From contig OZ037840.1 of assembly GCA_964035575.1 (NCBI GenBank), forward strand, positions 1 to 64,000: 64,000 bases of DNA, given 5' to 3'. Within the stretch, counting starts at the first letter, position 1, and every line of letters begins with the position of its first letter. Under the pieces are notes generated by a model, which was not told the DNA's origin, did not search any database, and worked only from the letters and a program-made list of their open reading frames with translations. Shown here piece after piece: positions 25,714-38,574 of the stretch. The stretch is from Rhynchopus sp. YZ270_cl-10. Its lineage: Eukaryota. Position numbers and translations under genes: made by a program.

Positions 25714-28304
25714 CCACTGCAGAATGCTCGGAGAGAAGTGTCCACGCGCCCGACATACGCACCACCAAGGTCTGCGAAGCAGTCAGATGCGACACGAAGC
25801 CCTCTACATCCACCTCCCGCACTGCGACCACCTCAGCCAGCACGACAGCACCCGAGACCTCGTCCATCACATACAGCGCCTCGCCAACGCTCACCTCGCC
25901 TGCACGCTTTCTGCCGTTCTTGGAGTACAGGAAGTGGTCGTCCGACAGCGACACGACACCGTGGGTGTGCGTGATTTCCATCGAGATGTAGGAGCCAAGT
26001 TGGGATCTGTGCAGGACACCGTGGAGGGGTGTGAAGTCGCAGTGGCCAGCAGTGTCGCAAGCCATGACCAGGTCCGCTGCGGTGAGGGAGCCTGCAAGCT
26101 TGGGTCCTGAGGGTGTGAGCAGCTCTGCATCGGTAGGATAGCAGCTGCGCCTGGGGGGTGATGGGCACGCAGGTGTGGAGCAGGACTTTGTGTTCTGGTT
26201 CGGCGGCCAGCACTGACTGATCGGCATCCTCTGGAAGTCGCACTTACGGCGGCACTCACGTGTTGCAGTGCCACTCCTGCCACACCCCCTCACCGGGCAG
26301 GTACACTCATCCCAGAAGTTCCCACCTTTGTAATATTCGCAGGGCGTTGTGAGGGAGAGGGCAGCGTCGGTCAGGCCACAGCGGCTCATGGTTCGTGTCG
26401 CCGATGTCGCCGCGTCCTTCTTCGCAACGGTCGATGCAGCCGCCTTCGCGCTCCTGCACACCAACACCACACTCCTCTACACAGTAGCCGAAGCTGCCGT
26501 ACGCAACCTGGAAGAGCTCCGCCGTGCACGCAATGCGTGGCTTGGTGACACCTGCGCACTGTGCGTCGTCTTCCTGAACACCGAAGCAAGTCTCGCACGC
26601 AAGCGCCTTCACGCCAGCACAGTCCGACGCTGTGACAATGCACGGGTTGTTAATGAGTGTGGCAGCGTCTCTAGCTGTAAGCGGTCCAACAGGCGTGGGC
26701 GGCTTCACGCATGCAGGGGGGATGCGTGTGGACGTTCTGATGCAGACCTGTGTGGGAACCCACTGGTACCACATCCCGGTGCAGAACTGCGTGCGTTGGG
26801 GACGGTCCCGCATCGTGCATTTGTTGTCTGCTGCTGTGACCTTGGTGCACGCATTGCGGCAGGTGACGGTTCTGGTTTTCTGCCCATTCCGCATGCACTG
26901 CTTCGACACTGTCGTAGAACACTCACCGAACAAACCAGTCACCCATTCGAACAGCGAGGGGACACACGAAACCGACGTCGCAGGTTTGGTTCCGGTGCAC
27001 AGAGAGTGCGCCACCTCGACACCGTCGCAGCGTCTGCACACCACCACGCGCGCCTGGGTGTTGTCGCACTGACACTCTGCCGTGCTCTTCACCACCCACT
27101 CCGTCCGGTAGTGCACACAGCTTTGTGTTTCTGTCGCTGAGCCAAGGCGGCTGCAGGAGGCTCCACCGTACTTCGGATACGGCGCGCTGCAGTTGCGCCT
27201 GCGTGTCTGCGTCCCATTGCCACACGTCGCACTGCAGGTGCCCCATGCCCCGTACCCAGTGTAGCCACCGTGCTGGCGTGGTACGAACGCACGCAGCACC
27301 TCGCCCCTGTATGCCACCACCGCACCGTGCGCAGCACTGCATTCCACATGGGGAGATCCGCTGCGGGAGTAGTCCTGTCTTGTTGCGTAGCGGTGTGCGG
27401 CAAACTGCGACGCGTTCATTGTCACAGTCGTGCCGGTGCCCCAATGTGGGCCTGACGAGTGCTGCACGTAACGTACCTGCAGGGTTCCTGTGGAGGACGC
27501 AGAGGCTGCGTACAGCGCCTTCCCCACGGTGCATACGGCCCACTCCACTCCACCGTCGACACAGCGCAGACCTGCACCAGCGTAGTGCGCAATGCTGCTG
27601 CAGGCGTTGGGCGAGGTGCCGAACGGTGTGCCTCCTCCAGGGCGGTAGAACGCTGCTGGCGAGCCTTCTGCATCCTGCAGACCAAGACGCAACGGGGTCA
27701 GCGACAGGTGCGACGCGTTCGCATAGATAGTGGCACCGTTGGCAGACGTCGTGCTGCCCGCTGTGCAGGCAGCACTACCAGTAAATCTCTCCCAAAACAC
27801 TGTGCCGTCGACATACCCCTGCGCCCACTCCCCATGCTGCACACCCAACGCACCTGGTGGCGCTGCATCGACGCGAATCTGCCGTCCAGAGACAGACGTC
27901 TTTCCACTGGCATGCGAGATGTCGTACATATTGATGCTGTACCCGGTGCGCACGGCGACCTTCGCATTGGCAGTGCTGGAGCAGGAGGACGAGATGCAAC
28001 GCACCTCACTCGCAAAGTCATGCGCGGCGGAGGCGCTGTACGTGGCGGTGTGCTGCCATCCCAGGTTCGTCTGGTTGTACACCTTCATGTGGCGGGTGGC
28101 GCTGTGCCCGACCACCAGGTAGTCCCCACAGTACGTCGCGGAGGATGCTGTCAGGTCCGGCATGCCAGTCTCGGGCACACGCCAGAACGCGGCTGTGCTG
28201 TTCGGTGCTGCGGAAACGGGTGACATCATGCAGCAGCAGGTCAACGCAGACGCAAGGAGTAACTGCTGTACAGCCGCCACAGGGGCGGGTCGGTGGCGTA
28301 GCAT
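25697..28304 (-). CDS. Secreted thrombospondin type-1 repeat protein with C-terminal hedgehog-type Hint domain; frameshift near 26355-26365 and 3' end abutting the array (possible pseudogene)
   Basis: Signal peptide. TSP1 motifs such as WGTCSATCGNGTQTRRRNC and FGECS..GQKTRTVTC. Hint motifs S|CYPTDA, SLSDDHFLY, GFVSHLTASQTLVV. ORFs 26307..28304 and 25697..26470 overlap in different frames with continuous Cys-rich sequence. Confidence 0.82.
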
Positions 28305-29260
28305 TTACAAAAAAAACCAGAAAAGAACAAGAAAAGGGAAAAAAACCTAGGGAGGGTGTGAAAAGGGGAAAGGTGGGGATTTTCTGGGTGACTTTGACCA
28401 GAAAAAAAAAGAGTGTAGGGGGGGTCCAGTAGTAGTCATAGGGAAGTGGAGCAATTTTTAAAAACTTCTTTCAGGTTTGTGCGCTGAAAAGTGAATGTCT
28501 GACGTTGGTTATTGAAATGCATGTTGCAACCTGAATGGCGCGAAGTATACATTTGAGGTGTGTTGGGTTTGATTTGTCTTAGGTGGGATAAAGTGGAAAA
28601 TGAAAGCAGAGTTCTCTTTTTTTTTTTTTGGAATCCATTTGGGTTGGAGTGTCCTCACCCCAAGCAGCTTCTCTTCAATCGGTCGAAACGTGTGGCCTAT
28701 GTATTTTTTGTTTTTTTTTTATTTGAGAGAAAAGGAGAACCCTAAAACCTCACGATAAATAAAGAAGAAAAGAAAAGGCAAAACGTGGACGAACAAAACC
28801 GCAAAAGCATCGGAAAAATTAAATAGGTGACTAATAAATTGAATGCAAACCACGGCAATCATCTGGCTGCAAAGACTGTCGTGTACTTTCTGCTGAACAG
28901 AAAGTACACAGATATAAAACGGGAAAATCGCAAAATAAACGTCAACAGCAAAAGGTAAAAATCGAACTTTTTTTGAAAGGAGAAAAAATCAACACTGAAT
29001 ACAAAAAAATAAAAATGTCCGATCCCCGCATTTTTCCCCAGATCGCTCCGGAAATTCACTTTTGCGCGGGTGTGCTCTCTTACTTAGCATATCTCACAAA
29101 AAAAAGTCAAAAAGAGGTGATGAAAATTGGTAGCTGTGGTGTCTCACCCATTACGGGTAACAGACCAGATACCCTGTATATTTGTGGTGCATTGACTGGC
29201 GCATCTCCACTCAAAAAAATAATAATCTCGCCAGCGGTTGAGATCTACCTTGCCCAAGGA

Positions 29261-30194
29261 CAGGGGATTATATAGTGGGGTAAAACTCGGTCAGCCTGAC
29301 CGAGTTTACAGCAAGCCTTAACTAAAACTCGGTCAGGCCAAATAAAAAATATATCCGTTTCGCTTGATCAGATCTCGACCGTTTGTTGCATTGCACGCTT
29401 CCACAAATATATTTTTGTCGGGCCACACTGAAGTACAGAAAATGGGAGTGTCGGTGGCGGAGCACAAAAGAGGTAAAATGAGAAACATATCGGGTGGGGT
29501 CTCTGATCTAATCTGTGCGACGAATATATTTCCCCTAACACGCCATGTTTGGCCAGGGCCTCTCCAGCGCGTCAGTTGCAAAAAAAAAAATGATAAATCT
29601 TGGGGGAAAAAATCGGTTTTCTTTGGTACCTCACACGAGCCTCTGAGAGTGACCAGAAATGGCCTCATGAACAAAGTGACCCCGTCACAGCCAGAACGCG
29701 ACTCGATTGGCCAAACGCCGAAGGAAAACGAAGCATGCAGCACGACGAAAATAAAAAAGTAGCGTACCGTGCGCCTGCGGCGCAAGCTTGCAGCCACCCT
29801 TCTGCGCATTTTTTTGAAATGTTGCGTACCGTGGCTTCGCCAGAAACTTTTGTTTCAGCAAAATATGGAAGTAAAATTTACGGAAACTGACGATAATTAC
29901 CAACGACAGTGACATTTATGTCAACATTTTTTAGAAATGTTGCGTACCGTGGCTTCGCTTGGGTGCCATGACCGCCGTTTCTTTTGTGAATGTACTGAGG
30001 TTACTGATAATTCGTGTACCACGTGTGCCTGGCACAAATATAAATGAAGTGCCGAACTCCGAGGAATTCTCACATTCCGCCGGAGGCCCCCAACTTGAGC
30101 TAAGGTGGGGACCCGGGCGCGCGAAGCGCGCCCGGGCTCGACCGAGTTTTGACCGAGTTTCAGCGAAAACCCCCGAAACCTATATAATGCCCTG
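29261..30194. mobile_element. Non-autonomous hAT-like element, 934 bp
   Basis: TIR CAGGG(G/C)ATTATATAG. 8-bp TSD CCCAAGGA at 29253-29260 and 30195-30202. Subterminal GACCGAG repeats. Confidence 0.88.
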
Positions 30195-31387
30195 CCCAAG
30201 GAAGAGAGAAAAAAAAATTAGATGGACAAAATAGCGAGTAAAAAACGTGCGTAGTCAATAAAACAAAACGAGGTTTAAAAAAAAAGGCTTTTGCAGAAAA
30301 ACGCAAGAACAATGGGGTCCGGTAAGACAATATTTATTATTTGTTCTGTCTGTAGAGTGACGGATCGGAAATGGCCATTTGTTTGGGGGAAAATGCAAAG
30401 TGAAAAAATGAGTGCATATTTTTCACTGTGCATTTTAAATGAAAGATGGAGTAGAAAATATAATGTGGAGTCAAAAAACAAAAGACAAGGAGAAAGAGAA
30501 AGACTGCACAAAACACAAAAGAACAAGGAGGGGGGGTTTGGTTTTGTGAGTAAAAAAAAGGGGAAGAGAAAGGGAACAAAAGAGAAGGGAGTAGAAACGG
30601 TAAGTAATAGAAAAAAAGAGAAAAAAGAAAAAGAACAAACAAAAATGAACGTAACACAAAAAAAAAGGATCCCCACTTCGACCAGAGAGCAACCACCAGC
30701 AAAACCTCAACTGAAAAACGAAGGCAACTGACACCCATTGACACATTCACGTACTGTTATTGACCAGGACTGTGAATATCATGGGCATCACTATCGCAAT
30801 TTGCGTGACCAGTACTGGTCATTGACCGGTACTTACTAAATTTTTTGTGTCTCTCCATGACACACCGAACCTTAGTCCATACTGGCAATGGCTAGTACAT
30901 GGTCACAGGGTAATAACCGGTCAAAAACTGACCGGTCAAAGTAGTGGTCAGAACCATGACCAGTCCACTGAGAAAAGTAAGATGCTTCTCAGCCTCTCGT
31001 CTCGGTCATCTTGGGGAGAAAAATAGACAATCCTCCCAAAGGACTGTCAGATTCACACGCACACACAAAGAAAGGGGGGGGAAAACCTAGGGGGGGCACT
31101 CCGTTCAGAGAGAACGTTAAAGCAACAAACGCCTCTCAGGGAAACGGTCGTGTAGGGGAGGGGGAGATAACTACCGATAAGGAGTGTTGTGCGATTCCGT
31201 TCACACAACAACAAAAAAAAAACTAACAACACTACAAAACACATGAGGAGAGAAGTGGGCGCACCACTTTGATAAAACATAGTGGGGGAACCCAATGGGG
31301 AGCCCACTTTACACACAACCGGGTGGAAAGATCTGCTACTCGATGTCCACAAAAATCCACCCACTATTGGATTCGTAGGGAAGGGGG

Positions 31388-31579
31388 CTTGCATGGCTTA
31401 ATCCTTGAAACAAGCACATGAATTGTTACCCTACTGGACGCCGTAAGGCACCTTTCCCGCGTGGATTGTAGCTGATTTAATGAGCCGTCTGCAGATCCAC
31501 TGTTAATCCATTTACTCTGAGACTTGCATGGCTTAATCCTTGAAACAAGCATATGACTACTGGCAGGATCAACCAGGTT
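31388..31579 (-). pseudogene. 5' fragment of 18S rRNA (~160 nt) followed by a second copy of ~33 nt of its start
   Basis: AACCTGGTTGATCCTGCCAGTAGTCATATGCTTGTTTCAAGGATTAAGCCATGCAAG..GGCTCATTAAATCAG; TGCTTGTTTCAAGGATTAAGCCATGCAAG is repeated within 31388-31420. The rest of the gene is absent. Confidence 0.92.
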
Positions 31580-32253
31580 TTCTTTGTCACTCTAATCGAT
31601 AGGGGATTGCTCCCCTGAGATCACAAATCTTGATATCAGAATATCTTTTTGACCCCCTTTTTTCCACAAACCACCTAATTTTTTTTACCCCCCAGCGTAT
31701 ACGTTTTGACGCGAAGATGGTCCTTTTCGCATGCGGGGTAAAAAAAAATCAGGTGTACATACTTTATAGATAAAAACACACTAGGAAGGAGAGAGGGAGG
31801 CTGATTAGTGCTTCCATTTTGAAGATGACTCTATACTCGGTGTGGCATCATGACTAAGAAGCAAGGGGTTGGTTGGCGTGCCTGTTCTCTGCTTTTGAAA
31901 GTATCCAAAAGTAAAGAAAACAAGGGGAGGCAAAAAAAACAAACGGCAGTAATTTTGCCCACATTGGGATGAAAAAAAAAAGCAAAATGTCTTGCCTTTG
32001 CGTTTAAGCGGATACCCCCACAGCCACGACGAAGTATCCCCTCTGCTCTTTTCTTTTTTTTGTCTGAAAAAACACGTTTTCTTCTATCAAAAAAATGGGA
32101 GAGAAATGAAAGAGGGGGCTAGAGATAGTGGAGATGAAAAAAAGGAAGACAAAAAAAAATATTATTTTTGAAAATTTGACAACGTGAGAGAGACACCACC
32201 GTTGTGTGAACTCCACGCTTTTTTTCAGATGAACTCAAAGCCTAAGTTACCTC

Positions 32254-32297
<44 letters not shown>

Positions 32298-35200
32298 AAA
32301 TTAGACGTTGTGGCTTTTCTCACACACAATACACACATTTGCTTATTCAAACACACAAGACAGGGCATATCCTTCTATCCTTATCCAAACACCCATTTTC
32401 TCCCTCTGTCTGCTTAATAATATGCTGGATAGGATAAAGTCCTGTCCCTATGAAATTGTAAGGCGGCCCAGTGGGGTGGTGGTGGTAAGGTGGGGGAGTT
32501 CATTGGCGGGGGCAAAGAGCAGGTCCTAACAGCATTGACACACCTCGTTTGTTACAGGCAGAGCAACGCCACGTTTTGTTGAAGATATGTGTGTGTACTG
32601 AAGAGGTCTGTCTTTGCCCCCAAAAAAAAAGGGGGCATGGAAGAGAGACTAATTGAATGATTTTCCGGAAAAAAATCGCGCCTATTTTTTTAGAATCAGG
32701 TGCGACGCGTGGGAAAGGCTGACAAAAATTATGTTCAAAAAAAAAAAACAAAAACAAAAATGTGGAGGAATTGAGATGGAAAAAGGTAAAATCTTATTTT
32801 TACATAAATCGTAGTTTTTTCTTTCTTTCGTTCTTTCTTTTTTGAATGCGTTTGTACCGGTTGTTGACAACACTCTTTTGTGTTGAACACCAACTCAAAG
32901 AAGAAAAAAAAGAAGGAAATCGTACCCGGAAAATACTGAGAAAGGATGCAGGTAAGCTGAACGTGCAGACGACAATACCAAAAGGGGCATAGGGGATGGC
33001 ATTGAATGCAAAGAAAGAAAAAAGTGAGAAAAAAAAGTGAAAGTTGATAGTGCAAACGCCTTTTTTGGGACGCAGGCACTGACACTCCGCGGGTTATCGA
33101 ACCCCGGAGCGTGCAAACAGGTTTGCAAAAAATAAGATAAAAATGGGTGGGCGGGTGTGGGGGGGCGGCAAACTTGAAGGAAGGCACACACCTCTCTTGA
33201 CCCTTCAAAAGAACAATCAGGTGTGGTGCATCTAACCTCTAAGCCTCATAACAAGAAAGGGCTGAGGCACCTCAAAGGGAAAATAAAAAAAGTGCACCAA
33301 GCTTGTGAGGGGAATGTGCACTAAACAGGGGGAGAAATATACGACTAGGGAAAACAGCAAGAATAGGAATACAAAAAAATTCAAAATTCAAAAAAAAAAA
33401 ATTTTTTTTTGGGGCGAATAAAATAAAAACAGAACAACAAATTGAAATGTATGTCAAACCTCACGTTTTTGGCACACACAGTGGGGGGTTTATGGGGGGG
33501 TGGGGTTGGGGTTAACCCGCTTGTCTAAAAGCAGGGTTTCCTCATATCGACTAAATGACCTAACCGAGAGGTGGTGTATATTAGCTGCGAATTCATTGGT
33601 TGCCGCGAAAGCGTCTACGCGTATACCACATGCGCACATCGATGTTACGGTGAACAAAACTCTGACTTCACCAACGGTTCTTCATTCTCTGAACAAAACT
33701 GAATTCACCTCTGCTCTCCACTGCGCAACTTGGAGAAGAGATAAAACCGCGCTTTCGTTCTAAAACAAAAACAGAAAATAATTTCGCTGTGAAATAATAT
33801 GAAATGAAAAGGGTTGGGGTAGTTAAACACAGAGCTACCAAGCCCATTAAGGGGTGAGGGTGACACAGGACACATAACACAAAAGGGGATTTTTTTCTCC
33901 CCGCATCACACCATAATTCTAACAATTAGATGAATATAAAATGTAGTGCAGTCACATTGTGACGGCTGCACTTTTTTGAATGGGGTATGTTCCGTGTATT
34001 TGATAACCAAATTAGAGTGAGTAGGGTGAGGTCTTAACGTACCATATGCCCACTCTATGTTCGTGTATGTGCTGCATTGTTGAAAAACGAAGTCCCTTGA
34101 ATAAGGGAAGAGAAAAACCGAAGTTCTACACAAAGGTTCCCCACCGTTAAGGGGGAGAAACCTTCTCCGGGGAACGAGACACGACACAACACAACTGGAA
34201 GATAAAAAAAGGCTTCTTTTTTATAAAAACGTGCACTTACCCTTAGAACTTACCCCCAAAAGACAACTCCGCCCTATTAGTGGGCAAGAGATGGAGGGGA
34301 GAAAGATCTTTCGGACAGTGTACAGGCAAGGATTGGCCTTAAGCCATTTTCGTACTGCTGTCTGACCTCAGGTGTCATCCACATACACAGATCTTCTGCC
34401 GGGGCAATGATTGATGTTTTTGAATAATTCCCCTCCGCTTCTCAAAGGTGTTGCTATGAGATGAGAAATTCTTTCAGAGAAAGAAAATACGGTAAAGACT
34501 GAGAAAAAAAGGGGGGTGATCGAAGTTTCGTTCTATAGTTGCAACAATAAAGCATTACTACACACTAAGGGGCACAAAAAAAAAAAACCCCCCCCCGCAG
34601 AAAAATAAATAAGGCGGAGTGTGCAAGATGGCGTGCTGCCTCACACATTGTTTTTTTTGCCTTCTCTTATTTTTCCACGATGTTGCTTTAATTTTGTCTC
34701 TCAATTTAAAAAATCAACCAAAAAAAAGAAGTTGAAACATGCAAACGCCTCACCGGACGCGCGGCACTGAATAAATATAATAGCAACTACACTACCTTGC
34801 TATGACAGCGGGTACCGGGAGAGACACAACCCAAAACAGTTAAATGGCTTGGCCTTTTAGCCCGGTATACTTTCTTTTCCCCCCCGCATTACTTTTTTGT
34901 TGTTTTGTTTTGTTTCTCAGAAGGAGAATTACTTGTGTGGGGGGAAAGAGAGAAAACTTTTAGTTAGATGACATGCACGCATAAAGCAGCTCGCTGCTTG
35001 GTCATCCAAGGAAGAAAGAAAAGTTTATAAGATGATCCGAAGCCTCACGTGCTTAGTCGCCTTGATCACATTCGTTATCACGAAGATAACTACTAGATGA
35101 AATATGGGTATTCGCGATGGTTTTTCCTTACCTTTAAAAAGCAGTAAAAAACTTCAAAAAACAAAAATACTTTGCGTATTTACAAATGTTCCGTTTGGGA

Positions 35201-35362
35201 AGGACGCTGAAAGGGGACTTTCTTCCTCAAGGAGACAATGACACCGCTGTATTGTGAAGAAGGGGGGAGCAAAAAAAAAAAAAAGGCATTTTTTGTACTG
35301 AAATTTTTTTTTTGAAAAATTGTTGGAATAGTGTAGTTGCCACCAAGCTCCGCTGTCCAATT

Positions 35363-36786
35363 CAGGGCTGTTCCTTATTCTCGTTTTTCCCCCCAAAAAT
35401 CGCTGGTTTTATTCTCGTTTTTTTCCTTTTTCTTTTATACCCGCAGAGGCAGTTTTTTCCAGCATTTTTGCCAGATTTGAGCCAATCCCGTTCTGTGGTG
35501 GGGGATATACGGAAAAATGGACAAAATTTTAGCGACTTAAATTTTCACAAAATATGAACCCGTACTCGTAAAACAAGGGTCATTTTCAGTCTGAAAACCC
35601 TTCAAACTGAAAATGAAATGAAAGTGAAAGTGTGCTGTTTTTGACTGGGAACAGGTAGCGCCGCAGGCGCACGGTACCCAACTTTTTTCTTTTCCTTTTT
35701 CCTTTTTCTCTGCTTTCTTTTGATTACGCGAGCTGATTGCTCTCCACGGTGGGGTCACATGTGTGCGCAAAAACACTCTAAAGTACCTACTATGAACTAT
35801 GAGGTTCTCTGGTTTAGTCCGGTCTGCAAAAGAGAAAAAACCACAAAAATATCCAAAAATCCCGGGACAAAGAACCAACCTTAGCGCAAAGCCTGCCGGA
35901 GGCAGCTTTTTATTATACATGGTCAAAATTCGGTCCCCAATCCAGCTCAAGTTGGGGGCCTCCGGCGGAATGTGAGAATTCCTCGGTTATCCAACTGCAG
36001 AGTTCGGCACTTCATTGACATTTGCACCAGGCACGCGTGGTGCACGAATTATCAGTAACCTCAGTACATGTACAAAAGAAATGGCGGTCATGGCACCCAA
36101 AGCGAAGCCACGGTACGCAACATTTCTAAAAAATGTTGACATAAATGTGTCTGCACTGTCGTCGGTAATTATCGTCAGTTTCCATAAATTTTCCTTCCCT
36201 GTTTTGCTAAAACGAAAGTTTCTGGCGAAGCCACGGTACGCAACATTTCAAAAAAATGTTGCTTACCATTGCATATTTTTACTGTCAAACACAGAAGAGC
36301 TACAACTACAGTGTACAGAATACCTTGTTCTTGCTTATTTCGCACATTTGGAGCATGGGACCCCAACATTTTTTCCCTGGTCACTTTTTTCTCAGACAGA
36401 AGTGCCTGAGAGTGCAGACAGAAAGCTTCTTTTTAGGCCTACACACTTTCCCCCTTAGGCGAAAAAAAAGTGCGGCAACCACGAAAATTCCTTCAGTGCG
36501 GCATTTCCAAGATCTAAAATCCATTTTGGGAGGCAGATATAGGGAAAAGTCTGCGCCGCAGGCGGATTTTTTTTTTTGGGGGTGGGAATTTTTTTTTTTT
36601 CCCCCACCCGAAAACCTGATCTTTGGCTTGTTTGCATACCACCCCGACCAGTGGTGTACAAAATTTTGGCTCCTAACCTAGTAGAAGCAGGCTAAAACCC
36701 AACGAAGGAAAAAAGGAAAAAAAAAAAGGAAAAAAAACTCAAAAATCAGAATTCCTTATTCTCATTCTCACTTAGGAACAGCCCTG
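35363..36786. mobile_element. Non-autonomous hAT-like element, 1424 bp
   Basis: TIR CAGGGCTGTTCCT. 8-bp TSD GTCCAATT at 35355-35362 and 36787-36794. Confidence 0.88.
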
Positions 36787-36827
36787 GTCCAATTTTTGTT
36801 TTTTTTTTTTTTTTCTTGAGAAAAGTC

Positions 36828-37615
36828 CAGGGTATAAGCTTGGATTTTGGATTTTTTCCAGAATTAGGTTTTTTGAAAATTTTTTTTTTGGTGGGGTTAT
36901 AGACAGGGTTTTATATAGGAATTTTTTCCTGAACAAACAGGGGCAAAAACTGAGGATTCATTTTTTCCCACCCACCCACCCAAAATAAAAGTTGTTTTTT
37001 CGGCTGGGGCCAGTTGTGGTGTGCCTTGAACCCCCTTGGCTGTAAACCCAATTGATAGCAATTCGTGCACCATAAATGTACTGGCTACTTACAAAGAAAG
37101 GGCGGTCATGGCACCCAAAGGTTCCTAGCGAAGCCACGGTACGCAACATTTCAAAAAATTGCGCTCATAATCGCACATTTTTACAGCCAAACTATGTCAG
37201 GGAAGGGTGGGTTGCAATCTTGCGCCGCAGGCGCACGGTACGCTACTTTTATAATTTCGCCATGATGCATGCTTCCTTTTCTTTCGGTGTTTGACCAAGT
37301 TCTGGCTGTGACGGGGGTGTGGGTAGGGTGTTGGTCGGGGCCTTGCGTTTCATATGTTAATAAATGTATGCAATGTTCTGGGGGGAATTTATGTGGGATG
37401 GGGATTAGTGGGGGTGCAAAATTATGATTCCCTGATTTTGAGTTTTTTGGGGAGTTTAAGCTCTCGCCTCGACGTGGTAACCTCACTCAGTAGTTTTTGA
37501 TGAGTCCAAAGTGCCTGAACCCCTTCTGAGAGCCTTTTTTTTTTTTTTTTTTTTCCCCGAAAAATTTCAGAATTAGGTTTTTGAACCTAATTCTGAGTAC
37601 CAAGCTAATACCCTG
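36828..37615. mobile_element. Non-autonomous hAT-like element, 788 bp
   Basis: TIR CAGGGTAT(A/T)AGCTTGG. 8-bp TSD GAAAAGTC at 36820-36827 and 37616-37623. Confidence 0.88.
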
Positions 37616-37998
37616 GAAAAGTCAAAATTCTTTCATTTTATTCTTCGGTTGTTAGAAAGTGTCAAAAAAGAGAGAGACGGTTGACCTCTCTTCTCGATTT
37701 TATTTTTGTTTGTGTTTTGCGATTCACTTCATATGGAGGCTCTTTGGCCAGTACCCTCCTTAGAAGGATATGGCGGGTTGCTTTCCATAATCTGTTCAGA
37801 GCAGCTGCCATTTCTGAACGTCTTTTTTTACTATCTCTTTTTTTTGAAAACAGCAAAAAAAAAAAAGGGGGTCATTTTGACAAAGGCCACCCCACACGGT
37901 GCGAGTATTCTAACGTATTCGGTGTTAATGTGTTCTGAGATGTAATTTTCATCAATATTAATTATGTAAAGTGTTGAAAGTGGCGATACAATACCAAA

Positions 37999-38357
37999 GG
38001 GAAGGCTCGTTTTTCCATTTAATGTTACAAAGTAACAATAAAGGGGGGGGAGGGGGTCCGACCGAAATCCGGGGAAAAAACTTTTTTTTTCGTAACAATG
38101 GCGGGAAAAAGTGGCTTTTTCCAACAACAAGAACTTGTCCATTTCGGCAGATTGACCCCACCACAGTGCGGACGGATTCCGGAAATGCAAATGCGGGTGT
38201 TTTCGGATGTGCACGTCCACTGCGCCTTGTTGTTACAATAAATGAAAATTCGGAAAAACGGTTTTTCCGTGTAACATAGGGGGTGGGGAGGGGGGGGTCA
38301 CCGGGAAAAATGGTTTATTGTTACTTTGTAACATTAAAAGGAAAAACGAGCCTTCCC
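37999..38357. mobile_element. MITE with ~44-bp TIRs (PIF/Harbinger-like ends)
   Basis: TIR GGGAAGGCTCGTTTTTCC(A/T)TTTAATGTTACAAAGTAACAATAAA with one mismatch. Flanked by AAA on both sides (possible 3-bp TSD). Confidence 0.8.
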
Positions 38358-38574
38358 AAAGCAAAATAAAAAAAGAAAAGGGGGTTTTGAGGGGTTGGGG
38401 AGGGGGGGAGGGGTCCATCAGAACAGCTCTGATGGGGCTTAATCTGAAGAGCAGTGGAGGCACTCGCTCCACACACAATTTGGGGGATATGAAAAGGGAA
38501 AAGGTCATTACGTCATTTACAACAGTATGTCAACAGTATTTCACTCAATAAATTGAGAGCATAGGTGGTACGCG

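Noticed and set aside
31388..31579. Functional rRNA gene
   Set aside because: Only the first ~160 nt of 18S are present.
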